NCBI GenBank assembly: GCA_964234715.1 | Contig: OZ174282.1 | Direction: 5' to 3' (one strand) | Length of the DNA stretch: 64,000 bases | Source: Podarcis melisellensis | Taxonomy: Eukaryota | Part shown: in pieces, positions 25,116 through 37,572 of the stretch | Position numbering within the stretch: position 1 is the first letter of the stretch | Layout: each line of letters starts with the position of its first letter | Notes under the pieces: model-generated | Told to the model about the DNA's origin: nothing | Databases searched by the model: none | Seen by the model: only the letters and a program-made list of their open reading frames with translations | Made by a program: the position numbers and the translations under genes

Positions 25116-25457
25116 CAAAATGACCTATTGGCAAGCATGTTTTCGCAGGAGTGAAGGAAGGGCCTCTTTGAGCCTAGGAGTTGGGCTGATCTCTTTGGCA
25201 ATCATGGTTTTGATGTGTTACAAGGTTGCCCATCTCTGCCTGCACAAACCTTCTGTCAAAACTGAGGTGGCTGTCACTTTAGCTCCTGATGATGCCCAGA
25301 ACATCTGAGCCTCTTTTGAACTGAAATGTGATTGAGTGTGTGTTTGCAGTTTCTGATCACAGCTCCACCCCCCTTTCCACAACCCACTCCATCCTCCATT
25401 CATTCCACTAGCCCTTTGTAATATGCCAGTAAGCAGCCTGATGGCCAAAGCACTAAC

Positions 25458-25601
25458 CTTCTCCACTTGGAATGTGATCTCTTTGGGGAAAATGTGTAGA
25501 ATGGGTGCAATGAATTCACATATGACATCAACCTTCATGATAAGCTCCTTCCCAGATTGCTTCCCTATGATGGCATGACAGAGCAGCCTTTCCTTTACAA
25601 C
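25458..25601 (-). CDS. HYDIN: HYDIN window exon 17 (144 nt, 0-0): VVKERLLCHAIIG...FQVEK
   Basis: cag|GTT, AAG|gttag. Confidence 0.94.
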
Positions 25602-25789
25602 CTGTACATGGAAACAAGAGCACAGTTTTTTTGCCAGAATAAAAGTGATTGGGCCACTATGCCTGTGGTGCTTTCAGTGGACCCCTGGCCATGGGGCTCC
25701 CTGAAAACTATGCCTTGGCTACCATTTGGTTCCAAGCAAAAGAAGCATGAATTGGCAAATATATAATTCTCTTTTGTAGAAGTTTGATT

Positions 25790-26250
25790 CCTGACAATTC
25801 CATATATCCTGAATTCTGCACCAGTTGGTGCCTAAGGATTGACCTTTAAAAGCAAATCATGGAAAGGTGATGATCATACCATCCTTCCACAAAAGGGTTG
25901 TATTGGTATCCAGTTGCAACATAACATTTCCCACAGAATTATTATTTTTTTAAAAAAACAACACCTTCTATATAGTAATAAATTAAATGGCTGTGAGAAT
26001 CAAGGACATAATCAGCCATTTGTGTAAATGGTAGGGATGTATAAGCACGTCTCAATCTGTTCCAACATTCATCCACAATTTCATCTGATATTTTCTGTTC
26101 CACTGTGATTGGTTTATTGTGCACAAGTCTCACTACTGTTTCAATGTAACATTTTACATATATTGCACAATAGATATGCATATCTCAGCCATCAACAAAT
26201 ATTTAGAATTCAGCTGTGTTCCCTTTGAAAATTAATTAATTTCCAGAGGT
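25790..26250 (-). mobile_element. Degraded L1 ORF2 fragment (Cys-rich region)
   Basis: KISDEIVDECWNRL...CGKCYVATG resembles the L1 ORF2 W...CxxC segment. Confidence 0.45.
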
Positions 26251-26325
26251 GTAACTGTCAAACCTTTGCTTCAGAAAACCCAATGAGTCTTGTGGCACCA
26301 TAAAGGCAAAGCTAATGGCCAATCA

Positions 26326-26433
26326 TTCTTCTTCTTCTTTGGCGATCACTCATAGCCAAGTAAGATTGTCTTCCATAAACACTGTTTTAACAATGAGTTC
26401 GTAAGTGACTGTGGAGGCCAATTCTGGATCCAC
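26326..26433 (-). mobile_element. RTE-clade LINE 3' end with (GAA)n tail
   Basis: (TTC)n followed by tttggcgatcactcatagccaagtaagattgtcttccat, a recalled RTE 3' terminus. Confidence 0.55.
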
Positions 26434-26965
26434 TGCAAACCTAGCCATGTCTACTCAAAAGTAAGTCTCATTGAATTCAGTGTGGCTTACTTCCATGTAA
26501 ATGGATTAGGATTGCAGCCTTTCAGTGTTGATTTTAAAATTCAGTACTGTATAGCCTTAATCCTGTCTCATTTTTCTCCTGCAGGCATTAGGGAAGGCAT
26601 CAATACCCTGTTGATATTTTGCTCTTTGTGCCCTGGATTATATTAATTCCTGAGGGCATATCAGACATTTCACTCTAATGCCACTTATATTAGTCCTTTT
26701 TGTAATGTAACATTTTATTTCATTAATATGTATTTTATACAGAAAATGGTCTCTTGCTGTGATTTTACACACACACACACGTAGGATGTAGGTTGAACAT
26801 GGGTCAAGGTGGCCCTCAGCCTGAAAAAGGTTCGTCTCTCCTGGATTAAGCACTCTTGACAAAATAATTGAATATTGAGCTTTGATCGGGCCTTGTAGAA
26901 CTCTCCTTACATCAGTTATAAAAACCCATATATGTTTTTTTGAGATTGACTATATGGTAGCTACA

Positions 26966-27016
26966 GTAACCCTTGGCAACAAGTAGTTGAAATGCAGCTG
27001 ACGCTACTATGGCAAC
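26966..27016. promoter_or_regulatory. Paired RFX X-box-like motifs
   Basis: GTAACC-CTT-GGCAAC (26966-80) fits GTNRCC(N0-3)RGYAAC; GCTACT-AT-GGCAAC (27003-16) is a degenerate second copy. Confidence 0.4.
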
Positions 27017-27117
27017 TTGTGACATGGAAGCAATCATTGAAAGAAGTTGGTTCATTTCCAGAAATAAGTAACTGAGAGCCCAAAATGCCCCCAACAAAGA
27101 GGTGAAAGTCTCTCTAC

Positions 27118-27358
27118 CTTGGGAACGTCAGAACAGCCTTCCAGCATCATGTCCATGCTTTTTCCTGGGGTCAGCTCCATCCTCAGTGGTTGAAGCTTAA
27201 AGAGCGGAAGTTCAGAGGACTTCTTCTTTGTGTTAGCACTGATGGGAGGGAGGGTGTTGCGCTGGCGGAATGGGGGGAAGCCTTCTGTCATCCAGTAGAG
27301 CTGATGCGTGCGGCGCCCGCGGTTAGTGATCTTGAAGCGATAGCAGCAGGAATCCAAG
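27118..27358 (-). CDS. HYDIN: HYDIN window exon 16 (241 nt, 2-0): LDSCCYRFKITNRGRR...CSDVPK
   Basis: tag|C, AAG|gtaga. Confidence 0.93.
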
Positions 27359-28403
27359 CTAGGAAAGGAGGGGCAGAGAGGGGCTAAACCTCAGGACAGC
27401 AAATAAGAATGGTCTTTACTATATATTGTGGAATATTTATTTAAGGGATTTAGATGCAACCCTTCAATATCAATATTTCCAGGGCAGCTGACAAGTTGAA
27501 GCAAACACCACACAAAACAAGATTAAAAACTAGAGGTGTGCACTGCTCCCAAGATTTTATGCTCCCAAGCATCCCAGTTTGTTTGAGAGTTGCTCTATGT
27601 TTTTCCAAGGACCAAACTAGTAAGATCTGTTGAAAAGAAAGTTTCTCTATAATGGGGAATCTAAAAACGGCTCAAAATTATTTTTCTTTTCATTGAAGTG
27701 AAATTAAATTTGTTGGCATAGGGGTCCCTCCAGAGTAGATTACACCTATTACTGGGGTATACTGATACATCCAGAAAGTTTTTGTTTTTAAAAGAAAAAC
27801 TATTGTTTTCTGCCAGAACTGGAAACCATTTGCAGCTAAGGGGAAGAAGCATGCCAAATGTCAGAATAATAGGTGACATGTTTTCCTGTCAGAGAAGACT
27901 TTACCATTTTTTGAGTGGCTATGATAGCAATCATAGTGGGGCAAAGGGTAAGGGTCCCAGAAAAGACAGGGGTATGTGAAATGTCCCCTCCCAAGGAAGG
28001 ACTGTTACCCCAAGGATCACTGGTGAGGATAGGTTTGTGATTTCCAGCAGGATTTTTGGGGGATACAACCACATCTCTCCAGGAGAGAATTTTCTCTCCA
28101 TTGACTACCATGGGGGAAGGGGTGATTGTGGAAACAACAGTATAGATGCATGTGAAAAATAACACCTTAAAATATTTACTTCAACATCCCTCTCACAGAT
28201 CAGTGTTTAATCCCAGGCATCAGAAAATAAGAGGCTGGGATTAGAAGATAGACCCGTCTGTCAAAATGAAAAAATCCCCCATCCCTCGACCACTGCTTCC
28301 CACTTCAACGAAGGGCATTTCCCTAATTAGCTTGATTTTGCTTTTTATAAAATGAAGCCATCACTCTAAGGGCACCCATGTCCATAAAGCAATTTGTGAT
28401 AAT

Positions 28404-28497
28404 TGTTGTTGTTGTTTGTTGTTGTTGTTTAGTCGTTTAGTCGTGTCCGACTCTTCATGACCCCATGGACCAGAGAACGCCAGGCACCTCTGTCCTC
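28404..28497 (-). mobile_element. 5'-truncated BovB (RTE) LINE insertion with TSD
   Basis: (GTT)n tail plus ttagtcgtttagtcgtgtccgactcttcatgaccccatggaccagag; TSD AATTTGTGATAAT at 28391-403 and 28498-510. Confidence 0.88.
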
Positions 28498-28859
28498 AAT
28501 TTGTGATAATAGGAGGTCCCTAACCCAGCTCAATCCTGCTCATGTGAAAACCTCACCCAAATCACTCCTATTTGCCTCACAAAATAATTCAGAAAGCAAC
28601 CCTCATAGAAACAAGAGGGAGAGAGCAGATAAAGCAGCATAATAATAAGACAGAGATGTCCTCAAGGATGAAAAGGATGTTCCAGACACACCTCCTTGAG
28701 AAGAGCTTCCTACAGTGGTTTACCACCAGTGATAAAGCCTTTCCTTTGTCACCACCCATCTTACTTGACAGGGTAAAGGTACCTGCAGAATTACATCTAA
28801 AGTTTATCTCAGGGTATAGTGAGGTTCATGTTGCTGGAGGCAGTGCTCCACATAGCAAG

Positions 28860-29080
28860 CCATGAAGGACTTCAAAGGTAAGCATCAGTATTTTGAATTG
28901 TGCATGGAAATGGGTCCAAGAGTTGTTAAGTACTGGTGAATATTTTCCCACCACCTGGTCCAAGTTGAAAGCCTAGCAGTAATACTTGGAACTACTTGCA
29001 GTTTCCAAATAGTTTCCAAAAGCATCCCAACACACAGTGCACTGCAGTGACATAATATAGGGCTGAGTACAAAGCCCAAG
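28860..29080 (-). mobile_element. L2 ORF2 C-terminal remnant
   Basis: ALCVGMLLETIWKLQVVPSITARL resembles the L2 motif LYxGLPL..xKLQLVQNAAARL. Confidence 0.6.
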
Positions 29081-29507
29081 GGAGCAGGTCATGCCAACTC
29101 CTAAGATTGTAAGTGCTTCTAGATCAACCTGGTCATCATGCCATGTTTACCTCAATGGCAGCTACAAAATGTGAGATTAGTCATTATTTCACATCTACAG
29201 ATGTGAAGAGTTGTGCATACATTTTAGAGATGTTACCACCCATGCACTTTCCACAGTCAGTCATTTACAATGCATGCAGTGTAAGTGGGCACAGGACTGC
29301 CCAAGAATGAGTTATTTTTGCTTTCACAAAATGGAATTTGCTCTATGGTACTGAAGTATACATTGCCTTTACCTGTAGGTTGCCAAGGCATCATGACAAG
29401 AGCTCAAGGTTTCCATTTGCTTGTACTGCCCTATGAGAATTAAATGACTCATATCCTTTCATCCAAAAACAGAATACTATTTCCCACAAGCCACAAAGCC
29501 AGCCTAC

Positions 29508-29746
29508 CTGAAGTGGGGTCCCAGGTCAATGGCTGGAGCAAAGGGTTTGTCTGTGACAATGGTGGTACCAATGCCAGTGGCCTGGATTGGGATGATGTAA
29601 GAATTGCTGTTGTCTATGCTCAGGTTAACTTTGTCCTGGAACAGCACGGTGTCATCCAGGTTAGCTATTAGCATTAGAGATATCTCATTCTCTGGAGGGA
29701 CAATTCCTTTATTAGGCTCAATTCTCCACAGAGAATTACTTCGGGC
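29508..29746 (-). CDS. HYDIN: HYDIN window exon 15 (239 nt, 0-2): ARSNSLWRIEP...DLGPHFS
   Basis: cag|GCC, AG|gtagg. Confidence 0.95.
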
Positions 29747-29815
29747 CTGAAACACAATCCAAAAGCCAGTCTTAGCCTCTATGTCTCACATGGCAAGGCA
29801 TAAACTTATTTTTAA

Positions 29816-29816
29816 A

Positions 29817-29884
<68 letters not shown>
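29816..29884. repeat. (AAAG)n microsatellite
   Basis: Seen directly. Confidence 0.95.
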
Positions 29885-30784
29885 GCCATCAGATATACAG
29901 TAGTACTTAAAGCAGGAAACATTTTTCAAGAAATTGCACATATGTAAACCCAGCTCAGAAGCCACCCAAAAGCATGTGCCCATGGCTGCAAACTAGTGAG
30001 CTCAATTAGCAGAATTTGTGTTCTGTAGAACAACGCATAGACTGTGAAACCAAACAAATATTAAGCTATCTATTAAAATAATTAAATGAGGATCACAACA
30101 GCACAAGCTTGGCACACATTTTAGAGACCTGGGGTGCTTTTCAAAAACTAGGAGGCTGTTAGAAGAGCTGAAGTGTTATTGCATCAAGTAGAATTAATTC
30201 TCTTGATTCTCAGAACTTCAGACCATCAGAGCAAAGCCTCCCATTCTGCAGGACAGGCAGGAAGGTAGAAAAATGTTACAACAGGAAACAGAAAAATCAC
30301 ACAGCAAACAGATTATTCAGACTTTTTAAATCAGTGTTTCTATTTATTGGTCACTTTCCTGCAAAACATAAATCACAATCAATAAAATAAAAGTCAACTA
30401 TAAAAATCATCCTACATCTCATAAACAGCAGCAAAATTCTAGATGCAAAATCTTTGTATCTGCCCATCAACAGCATGGAAGAAAGGCTTTCCAATAAAGG
30501 GAAACCTTCAACTGACACCAAGAGGAAGCCCACCAGAGCCCAGGAATTATTGTAGGTGGACACCACAATGAAGGTGGCCTTGTTTCCTCACCCAGGCATG
30601 CAAAATGGGCCTTTTCTCTCCTTGTGAGCAGATCTCAAGGGATGGGGAAGAAATATGCAGGAAAGTGTTTCAGCAAGAACAGCAGAGCCAAGCCATTTAC
30701 AGTGCTTGAAAGGCAAATGCTAGAACTTTTAGTTCAGAAACCATGTAGCTGAACTACATGGGCCTGAAACACAATCCACAGTAG

Positions 30785-30960
30785 TGGACACGTTCTCTAC
30801 ATCTTGCTCTCACCAGCTGGGCAGGAACATTCTGCACTAGCTGCAGTTTCCATCTGCAGACGCAGCGCCACAGAGAGCCCCACATGCTCATTGCTGCAAA
30901 AGCCCCACATGCCATTCAGGAAGACTGAAGCATGGAGTGACTCCCCCAACCTTGAGGCAG
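30785..30960 (-). mobile_element. L2 ORF2 remnant
   Basis: Reverse translation RWKLQLVQNVPAQLV. Confidence 0.55.
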
Positions 30961-31045
30961 CTCAGGTGGGGAACTGCTTACAGAGACCCTGGAGGCAGCA
31001 GTGAGGCCCTGGCACTCAGTCAGGCCCTGAGCCACATGCAGAAGC

Positions 31046-31047
<2 letters not shown>

Positions 31048-31096
<49 letters not shown>

Positions 31097-31280
31097 TTAT
31101 TATTTATACCCTGCCCATCCGGCTAGGTTTCCTCAGCCACTCTGGGCGGCTTCCAACAAAATATTAAAATAACATTATTCTATTAAACATTAAAAGCTTA
31201 TTTTTGTTTAATGTTTAATAGTCTAATGTTTAATAGTTTATTGTATTAAAATACAATAGACTATTAAACATTAAAAGCTA
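31048..31280 (-). mobile_element. L2-like 3' end with (AAT)n tail and rearranged 5' junction
   Basis: ataccctgcccatccggctaggtttcctcagccactctgggcggcttcc shared with the 6944-7092 copy. Confidence 0.75.
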
Positions 31281-31454
31281 CAAATCTCTACAGTGCTCAA
31301 CAGATTCCCTCCTATTCACAAAATCTGTGGTGGACCCCTTTCATTATGAGCAGAAAGTTGCCATGGGCAGAACAAAACAATGGTGTGTGGATCTCAAACC
31401 TCCTCCTTGGAAGGCCTGGAAGCATACTCTTTCCAAATTCTGTGCCATGTTTAA

Positions 31455-31760
31455 TTATTTTTATTATTATTATTCATTAAATTTGCATGCCACCCTTCGT
31501 CCAAAGATCACAGGGCAGTTCACAACATAAAAATACAAAACAGGAACACAAAATACATAATAAAAAACAAAAACCAATAATCCCCCCTCCCACAAACACA
31601 TTTAAAAGGACATTGAATGTGAATCAGCCGAAGAGAAACATTTTCACCTGGTGCCTTAAAGTATGTAATGAAGGTGCCAGGTGAGCCTCCAAGTGAAGAG
31701 CATTCCACAAACAGAGAGCTACTATAGAAAAGTCCCATTCTCGTGTTACCACTTTGCTCC
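31455..31760 (-). mobile_element. L2-like 3' fragment (second family)
   Basis: cagggcagttcacaacataaaa...tcccccctccc shared with 47741-47895. Confidence 0.65.
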
Positions 31761-32479
31761 AGTTGCTTTCCACCAGGGAAGGGCAGCCTGCCTCTGCCCA
31801 CTGATGCACTAAACCATTCTTACTCTTGGGTTGATGGGTTCACTGGGTTTTGAAGCAGCATCCCAACCTGCTCTCTGTAGTTCGGTCAAACAAGTCTGTG
31901 ACCATATTCTTCAGATAACTGCAGAACCATCTCAACTCTGCCAGATACAGTTTACATTTCCCGGCCAGTTCATATACACGGTTCTAGACCTTTACAGTTC
32001 ACACTGGCAGTATCAGATAATAAAACACCTGGCTATCAAGTCCACCATCTTTGTGAAAATATAAAACCATTCCAAAAGTGGGCTGGTCTTCTGTGACCGC
32101 TTCACTGGCTGCACAACTGCTCTTCTGGTTAAATGTTGACAGTAATTAATAGAGAGGGAATGATCACTTCTGAAATTGCTCAGCAGTGCACTTGGCAGAG
32201 GAGGCACAGAGGCTGCCACACAGCTGTTAAGAGCACAGCTGGAGATGCCTCTCTCACTCCAAACAACACCCTCCCCTGACACCAATTCTTATGCTTGTGA
32301 AATTCCACAGGATTCAAATGACTCCCTGCCCAGAAGGCTAACAGTCTCAGTGACAGATCTTAGGAAGAAGGGCAGAGGAATAGGGAGGAGGTTGGTTTTT
32401 ATTTCAGTCTTCTCAACAACATCCTTGGCTAAAGAAACATTTTTTGGAAGAGTGATAAAATTGTACTTCACATACATGA

Positions 32480-32640
32480 CCTCTGTAATCCTTACAACCA
32501 CCTGGTTAAGGCAACTGTAATTATTATCCCCAAATTACAGATAGGAGACTGACGACATTTTCTTGTTTAAGGGCACCTTGTAAGCTGAGGCTAAGATTTG
32601 CACCAAGAACTTCCAGCTCATAGCTTATCTTTTTAATACA
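32480..32640 (-). mobile_element. MIR/CORE-SINE-like remnant
   Basis: aatccttacaaccacc...attattatccccaaattacagataggagactga resembles the MIR core. Confidence 0.55.
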
Positions 32641-33149
32641 GCATGCATTTATCAGGTGCAAAATTCTCTGTGCAAAACACTCTGTAGTTGGTTCCTTCCT
32701 TCTTCACCACTTACTTTAACTCATTTTTTTTCCTGAAGAAAATTGAGAAGGGACCTATCCAGACTTCCCAGCTTTACATCCAACATCCTTATCCCCTGGG
32801 CCACTTGCAGATTCTCAGCAGAGAGGCTTGTAGAGAATGCCTTGCCTCTGCTTACCAAGAGATGTAAATCACACCAGCACAGCTCAGTGACCATCACTAC
32901 TATAAGGAAGAAAGGGGAAATGGCAAGAAGGTACGGTTGGGAGACAATAGGAGCATCAAGTTATGTCAGTGAAGGTCTCATGCATTTGGAGGCCACCCAG
33001 AAACACATGAGTGCAACCACATCCAATGACCTTTCAGCTCAAGATAGTTTAATGAGACACCTTCACATAAAACCAGACCACAGGCTATTATAGATACAAT
33101 TCCTTTCCGTTCACAGTTTTCATTAGAAACTATGCCACACTCTGCTTAC

Positions 33150-33302
33150 CATCTGTGCCTCAAATGGTGCAGGAATAACAGATTGATTGGAAAGATAAAG
33201 CACCCGAGAAACATCCTTTAAAACCTGGATGGAGCCGAAGTCTAGCTTAGCAGGATGCACATAAACGACAGGGCCTTCTCCAAAGGACACAAGCTGGATC
33301 AT
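33150..33302 (-). CDS. HYDIN: HYDIN window exon 14 (153 nt, 0-0): MIQLVSFGEGPVVYVHP...PFEAQM
   Basis: cag|ATG, ATG|gtaag; translated by hand. Confidence 0.94.
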
Positions 33303-34515
33303 CTGTCACAGAGAATAACAGGAAACAGGAAACAAAGATGAAAAGTCAGCATCAGACTCAGGCTGTTGAAAGGGAGATGGGACTGTACTAAGGCCTTGGG
33401 TAGCCAATGCGATGCCCTTCAGAAGTGGTTGGGCTCAATCCCCCATCACCCCTGGCCATGGGTCATGCTAGCTGGGGATGATGGACTCCCAACAACATCT
33501 GGAAGGCATCTCATTGTCTGCCTCTATTCAAAGAGATCTTCAGGCTGACAAGATTTGGCTCAGTTGGAGGTCCCCATCTAAGCTGAGTACAGACCTGGGC
33601 CCTGCATTTTCAACCCTGAGGCCTCAGTTCAAAATAAATACTGCTGCTGGACTCCACTTGGGAGTCTGACTGCTCTTGCTCTTCAGGAGGAAGATTTTGC
33701 ATGCACTATCTAGATGTGATACAGAAGGATACTGCAGCTCAATAATCTCTATTTAAAAGGCACTCATAAAAATGAAACAAATTAGTAAGCTGAAAAGACT
33801 CCATAATGGGAGCAAGAACTGTATACCCTACTTGGTCATAAATTTGTCTCTGCTTATTATGTGTTTCCATTATATCATAATGCTGAACTCTGTCCTGCTC
33901 CAGCACCAACAAACATTTCTTTTGTGCTTAACTCACATTTCAGGTCTGGAGGAATAATACTTTCCCATTCATGTTTCCATTTAGAATAGGAGAAAGCAGG
34001 GGTGGGGGCATACAGTCACTTCTTTTTACTTAAAGAGCCAGACTTTCAGTCTCTTCCTCATTCCTGATGGGAATGGACATTTGCTGCCAAGGGCTATAGG
34101 CACATGACTGCCCCTGAAAGGCCTTCCTTTCTGAATCTGGTAAGGTATGGATGTCCTAGACCTAGAGATTTGGCATCTCTCTCAAATATATTGTTTAGAT
34201 TTCTGGCTAGGAAGAGCATAAAGAAATGGCTTGGCTGGCCTTGATGAACTGTGGCTTTTAACAGTGCAAAATCACCTGGGGCAACTGTTGCTTTTCAATT
34301 TCATGTTCAAAAATAGTGTAAGAATTGTGGATTGTGGCCAGAAATCCTCATTTCTGCAATATACAAATATCCCAGAGACATACTAGTTCTGAGCATGCAC
34401 ACATTACAAAGTGGTGGACTTGTTACCATATACAACCCATTTCCCTGAGCATTTTTAGAGTGCAAAGGGGTGGGAGTGGGCAGGGGAGAAGACCTCCTTC
34501 ATTTAGTTCACTCAC

Positions 34516-34680
34516 CAGTGGAAATACTTCATTCCCAAAGACAGCAATGAAGGCTACTGCCTCCTGCTGCCCTTTCTCCTGGACTTCCAAGGCCAAGGGG
34601 ATCTCAACAGTGGAATGAGGCTGAATGATACCACAAGGCAGAGGACTGGAATGCAAGACGGTGAGGGACTTCTCATATTC
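34516..34680 (-). CDS. HYDIN: HYDIN window exon 13 (165 nt, 0-0): EYEKSLTVL...FGNEVFPL
   Basis: cag|GAA, CTG|gtgag. Confidence 0.93.
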
Positions 34681-35044
34681 CTGGATGGAAATAAAAGCAT
34701 CACACCAAAACTTCAGAGAGAGCTGTTTCATACTTTTCACTTGCTAAGCTGTCAACGTCTTCTCAGTGAAGAAACCTATTTATTTCATCTGTTTGGACAT
34801 CTTTTTTGTTTTTTAAAGATCTTGATGACAAATCACTCAGTTTCAGACCACTGGTGTCACGTCAGGGCTCTTCATGATTTTGGGTAGCTTAAGAGCTCCA
34901 ACAAAGAAGATTCAAATACTCTAAAATCAAATAAAATCATCTGGGAACTGTGATAACTGGACTTAAACATTTCCTCTCTGCTCCCAGCTTTATCTGTAGG
35001 CTTCCTCAGGGCCTTTAAAACACAATAGAAACAACTGAACTAAC

Positions 35045-35180
35045 CTGGGGAAGAACACCATAGCACCCTGGAAGATCACTTTCATTAACAAGTTTCACCA
35101 TCTGCTGGTATGGGAACTTCAAGAAACAACGTCCAAAATTCAGGATGGGATTAGCCACATGCAGTGGAGGTGTGCTGCAT
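35045..35180 (-). CDS. HYDIN: HYDIN window exon 12 (136 nt, 2-0): CSTPPLHVANPILNFGRCFLKFPY...VLPQ
   Basis: tag|A, CAG|gttag; translated by hand. Confidence 0.94.
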
Positions 35181-36561
35181 CTAGTCAGTTACATGAGCAA
35201 ATAAACAGAGAGGAAAGCTTGTTTAGATCTGACCCATAATGAGGAGGCAGAGAATAATAATAACAATTCACCTATCATTATAAAGAAGAGGCTCATCATC
35301 AGCCATGTGGTCACTAGAATTCAGAAAGGCCAAGTTCCTAGTACACCATCTCAAAGTAGATCCGAAGTGAAGGCGATAGACACAGACCCTCACTTGGCAA
35401 TAAGAGGCATGGAGAGGGATCTTGCCCTGCACAATTTGTTAACAGCCTGGCTTTCCTGGCCTTTTGAGTGTTAAGAGTCCTGCTGCACAGAATGTCAGAT
35501 ATGGCCTGGAAAATGTGGGATAACCAACCTCATATTACCAACATACTTATGTCTAATTAATGAATGAAGGGTTTAATAACATAGAGTAAGCTGTCCTGCC
35601 ATGCTTAGCTATATCCACTCCCCTCACCTTGGGAGGGACTAGGTAATTAAGACCTTGTTTGCCTTCCAGTCTATCTGAGAAGCTCAGCATGTAAAGAGAT
35701 CTGAGCTGGTTGCTCCAAGTTCAGACCACATGGCTCCAACAGGCCGTTGTTCTGTTCCTATACTAATAATTTAGGAACTTTCACCACTGTAACTAAGTCA
35801 GGTTTTACTGCCTGTGCAACTTTTTCTGAATGCTGTATAGAAAAGCATATGAACCTGGCCTTTGGAACATTTGTATGTTAACCATTTTTAACTCACCAAA
35901 AGTATGGTCTTTTTCTATGCTGGGGGAAGAGGGGACAATTTTGGAACTCATAAGGGCATATTTTAAAGGTCTAACGGTCTATATGTCCACACTTTACTTT
36001 GCTGCAATCTGAATATGCATTTGGATGGTAGCTTATCCTAATATATGAACAACTTTGTTTTAAACACTTGGAAGGGGACAGGAGACTCAAATGCGGAGTC
36101 CTGGTGACATCATGTGGTACTGCTGACTTGTCCAAGCTAATGGCCTCGGAGGAGCTGCTCTAGCAGGGATCTTTTTGCCTCTCACTTTTCTGCTGAAAGA
36201 AAGCCAGGTTGTTTTCCTCAAGATCCTGTTGGAATTTTTAGCACTGTCCATTTCTGTACATCCAGGGCTGACTTACCAGAGGCAGTGTGAAAGTACTTTT
36301 TGAAACCAGGACTTAAAATGCACAGAGGGAAGAGAAAGCAAAGAAACAAAGCAAGACAGAGGTGACAGGTCTTGCAATTTTCAGGTCGCTCTTACTGAAA
36401 CAGTCACAAACTCCTTCTTATGTTGCATCTTGCTGTACCCAGATACTCAAACAATGGCAATTATGCTGTTGCAATACCCATCTCATTCAGAATTGACACA
36501 AAGGATGGGGTCAGCACAACACACATGATTCCAGCAAAGACAGCAAACAAAGTAGCAATAC

Positions 36562-36662
36562 CTCGCTGTGATTGGGAGAGCCAGTACATCTTCTCCACTC
36601 CCCTTCACATCCACTACTAGTGCTGTTTCATACGTCTTCACAGTGTTGGAACATAAGGTCAC
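36562..36662 (-). CDS. HYDIN: HYDIN window exon 11 (101 nt, 0-2): VTLCSNTVKTYETALVVDV...LPITAR
   Basis: cag|GTG, AG|gtatt; translated by hand. Confidence 0.94.
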
Positions 36663-37572
36663 CTGCCATGGGAAAAGGAAGAAAGTTCCTTTTCCTCAGT
36701 TTACAGGAACAAGGTTCATAACCTTGTGATTGACCAGCCCAAATCCCAACCCCCCAAAGGCAGGCATGTAAAAAAAATATAAGAAGAGTAGCCCTGGGAT
36801 GTTGGGGCACAGAGAGATATAAAATAAAACAGAAAAAAGGGGTAAGGATTGCGACAAAATGTTTCTGATGGCGACATGCCCTAACAATCTTCAAAGCACT
36901 GTGGCCCAGTTCTCACCCAGCACAACCCATGTAAGATGTCTCACTAGCATTGTTTCTTTGATGCCTTCAGCAGCCAAAGGTGAACGAACATCAAAGTGGG
37001 AGAAACAATGAAGCCAGCAGTGAATAGAAGAAACTGAGCATTACCTATTGATCATAATGGTGAGCATATAAAATGTATTTGGGTGAATTTTTGTTAGGGG
37101 AAGAGGGCTCTGAAAGGCTGATAATAAACAGAATTAAGTGGTCATGCCCAATTTTCTGTCCTGGCCACATCCATTTTACCATGTGGTCTTCAGAGGCTTG
37201 GAAATCTCCCCCTCAAATTTTCAGGGGCTGATTTTGCTCAACATATTTTGGGGCCTGTGGGCTCATTTGTAAAACAAAGAAACAGGCAGGGGTACCATCT
37301 TCATCACCCACAAACAAGCACACAAGACAACCTATTTTATTGATTACAATGAAATGCTTCTTTCAAGTTTAATTTCAGTGGGGGGAGTGTATCCTGTGGG
37401 CACCAGGGAAAGTCTCAGCAGCTGCATGTGTGTCTATGGGTTCCACACTGGTAACCCCTGATTTGGGGAGACAGGTGCACAGCAGAAATAAGGTGTATCT
37501 TTAAAAGTTTGGTGACCTTAATATCATTTTTGATACCTACCAGTTTGGTTTTTTAAACAACCCTAACCTCCA

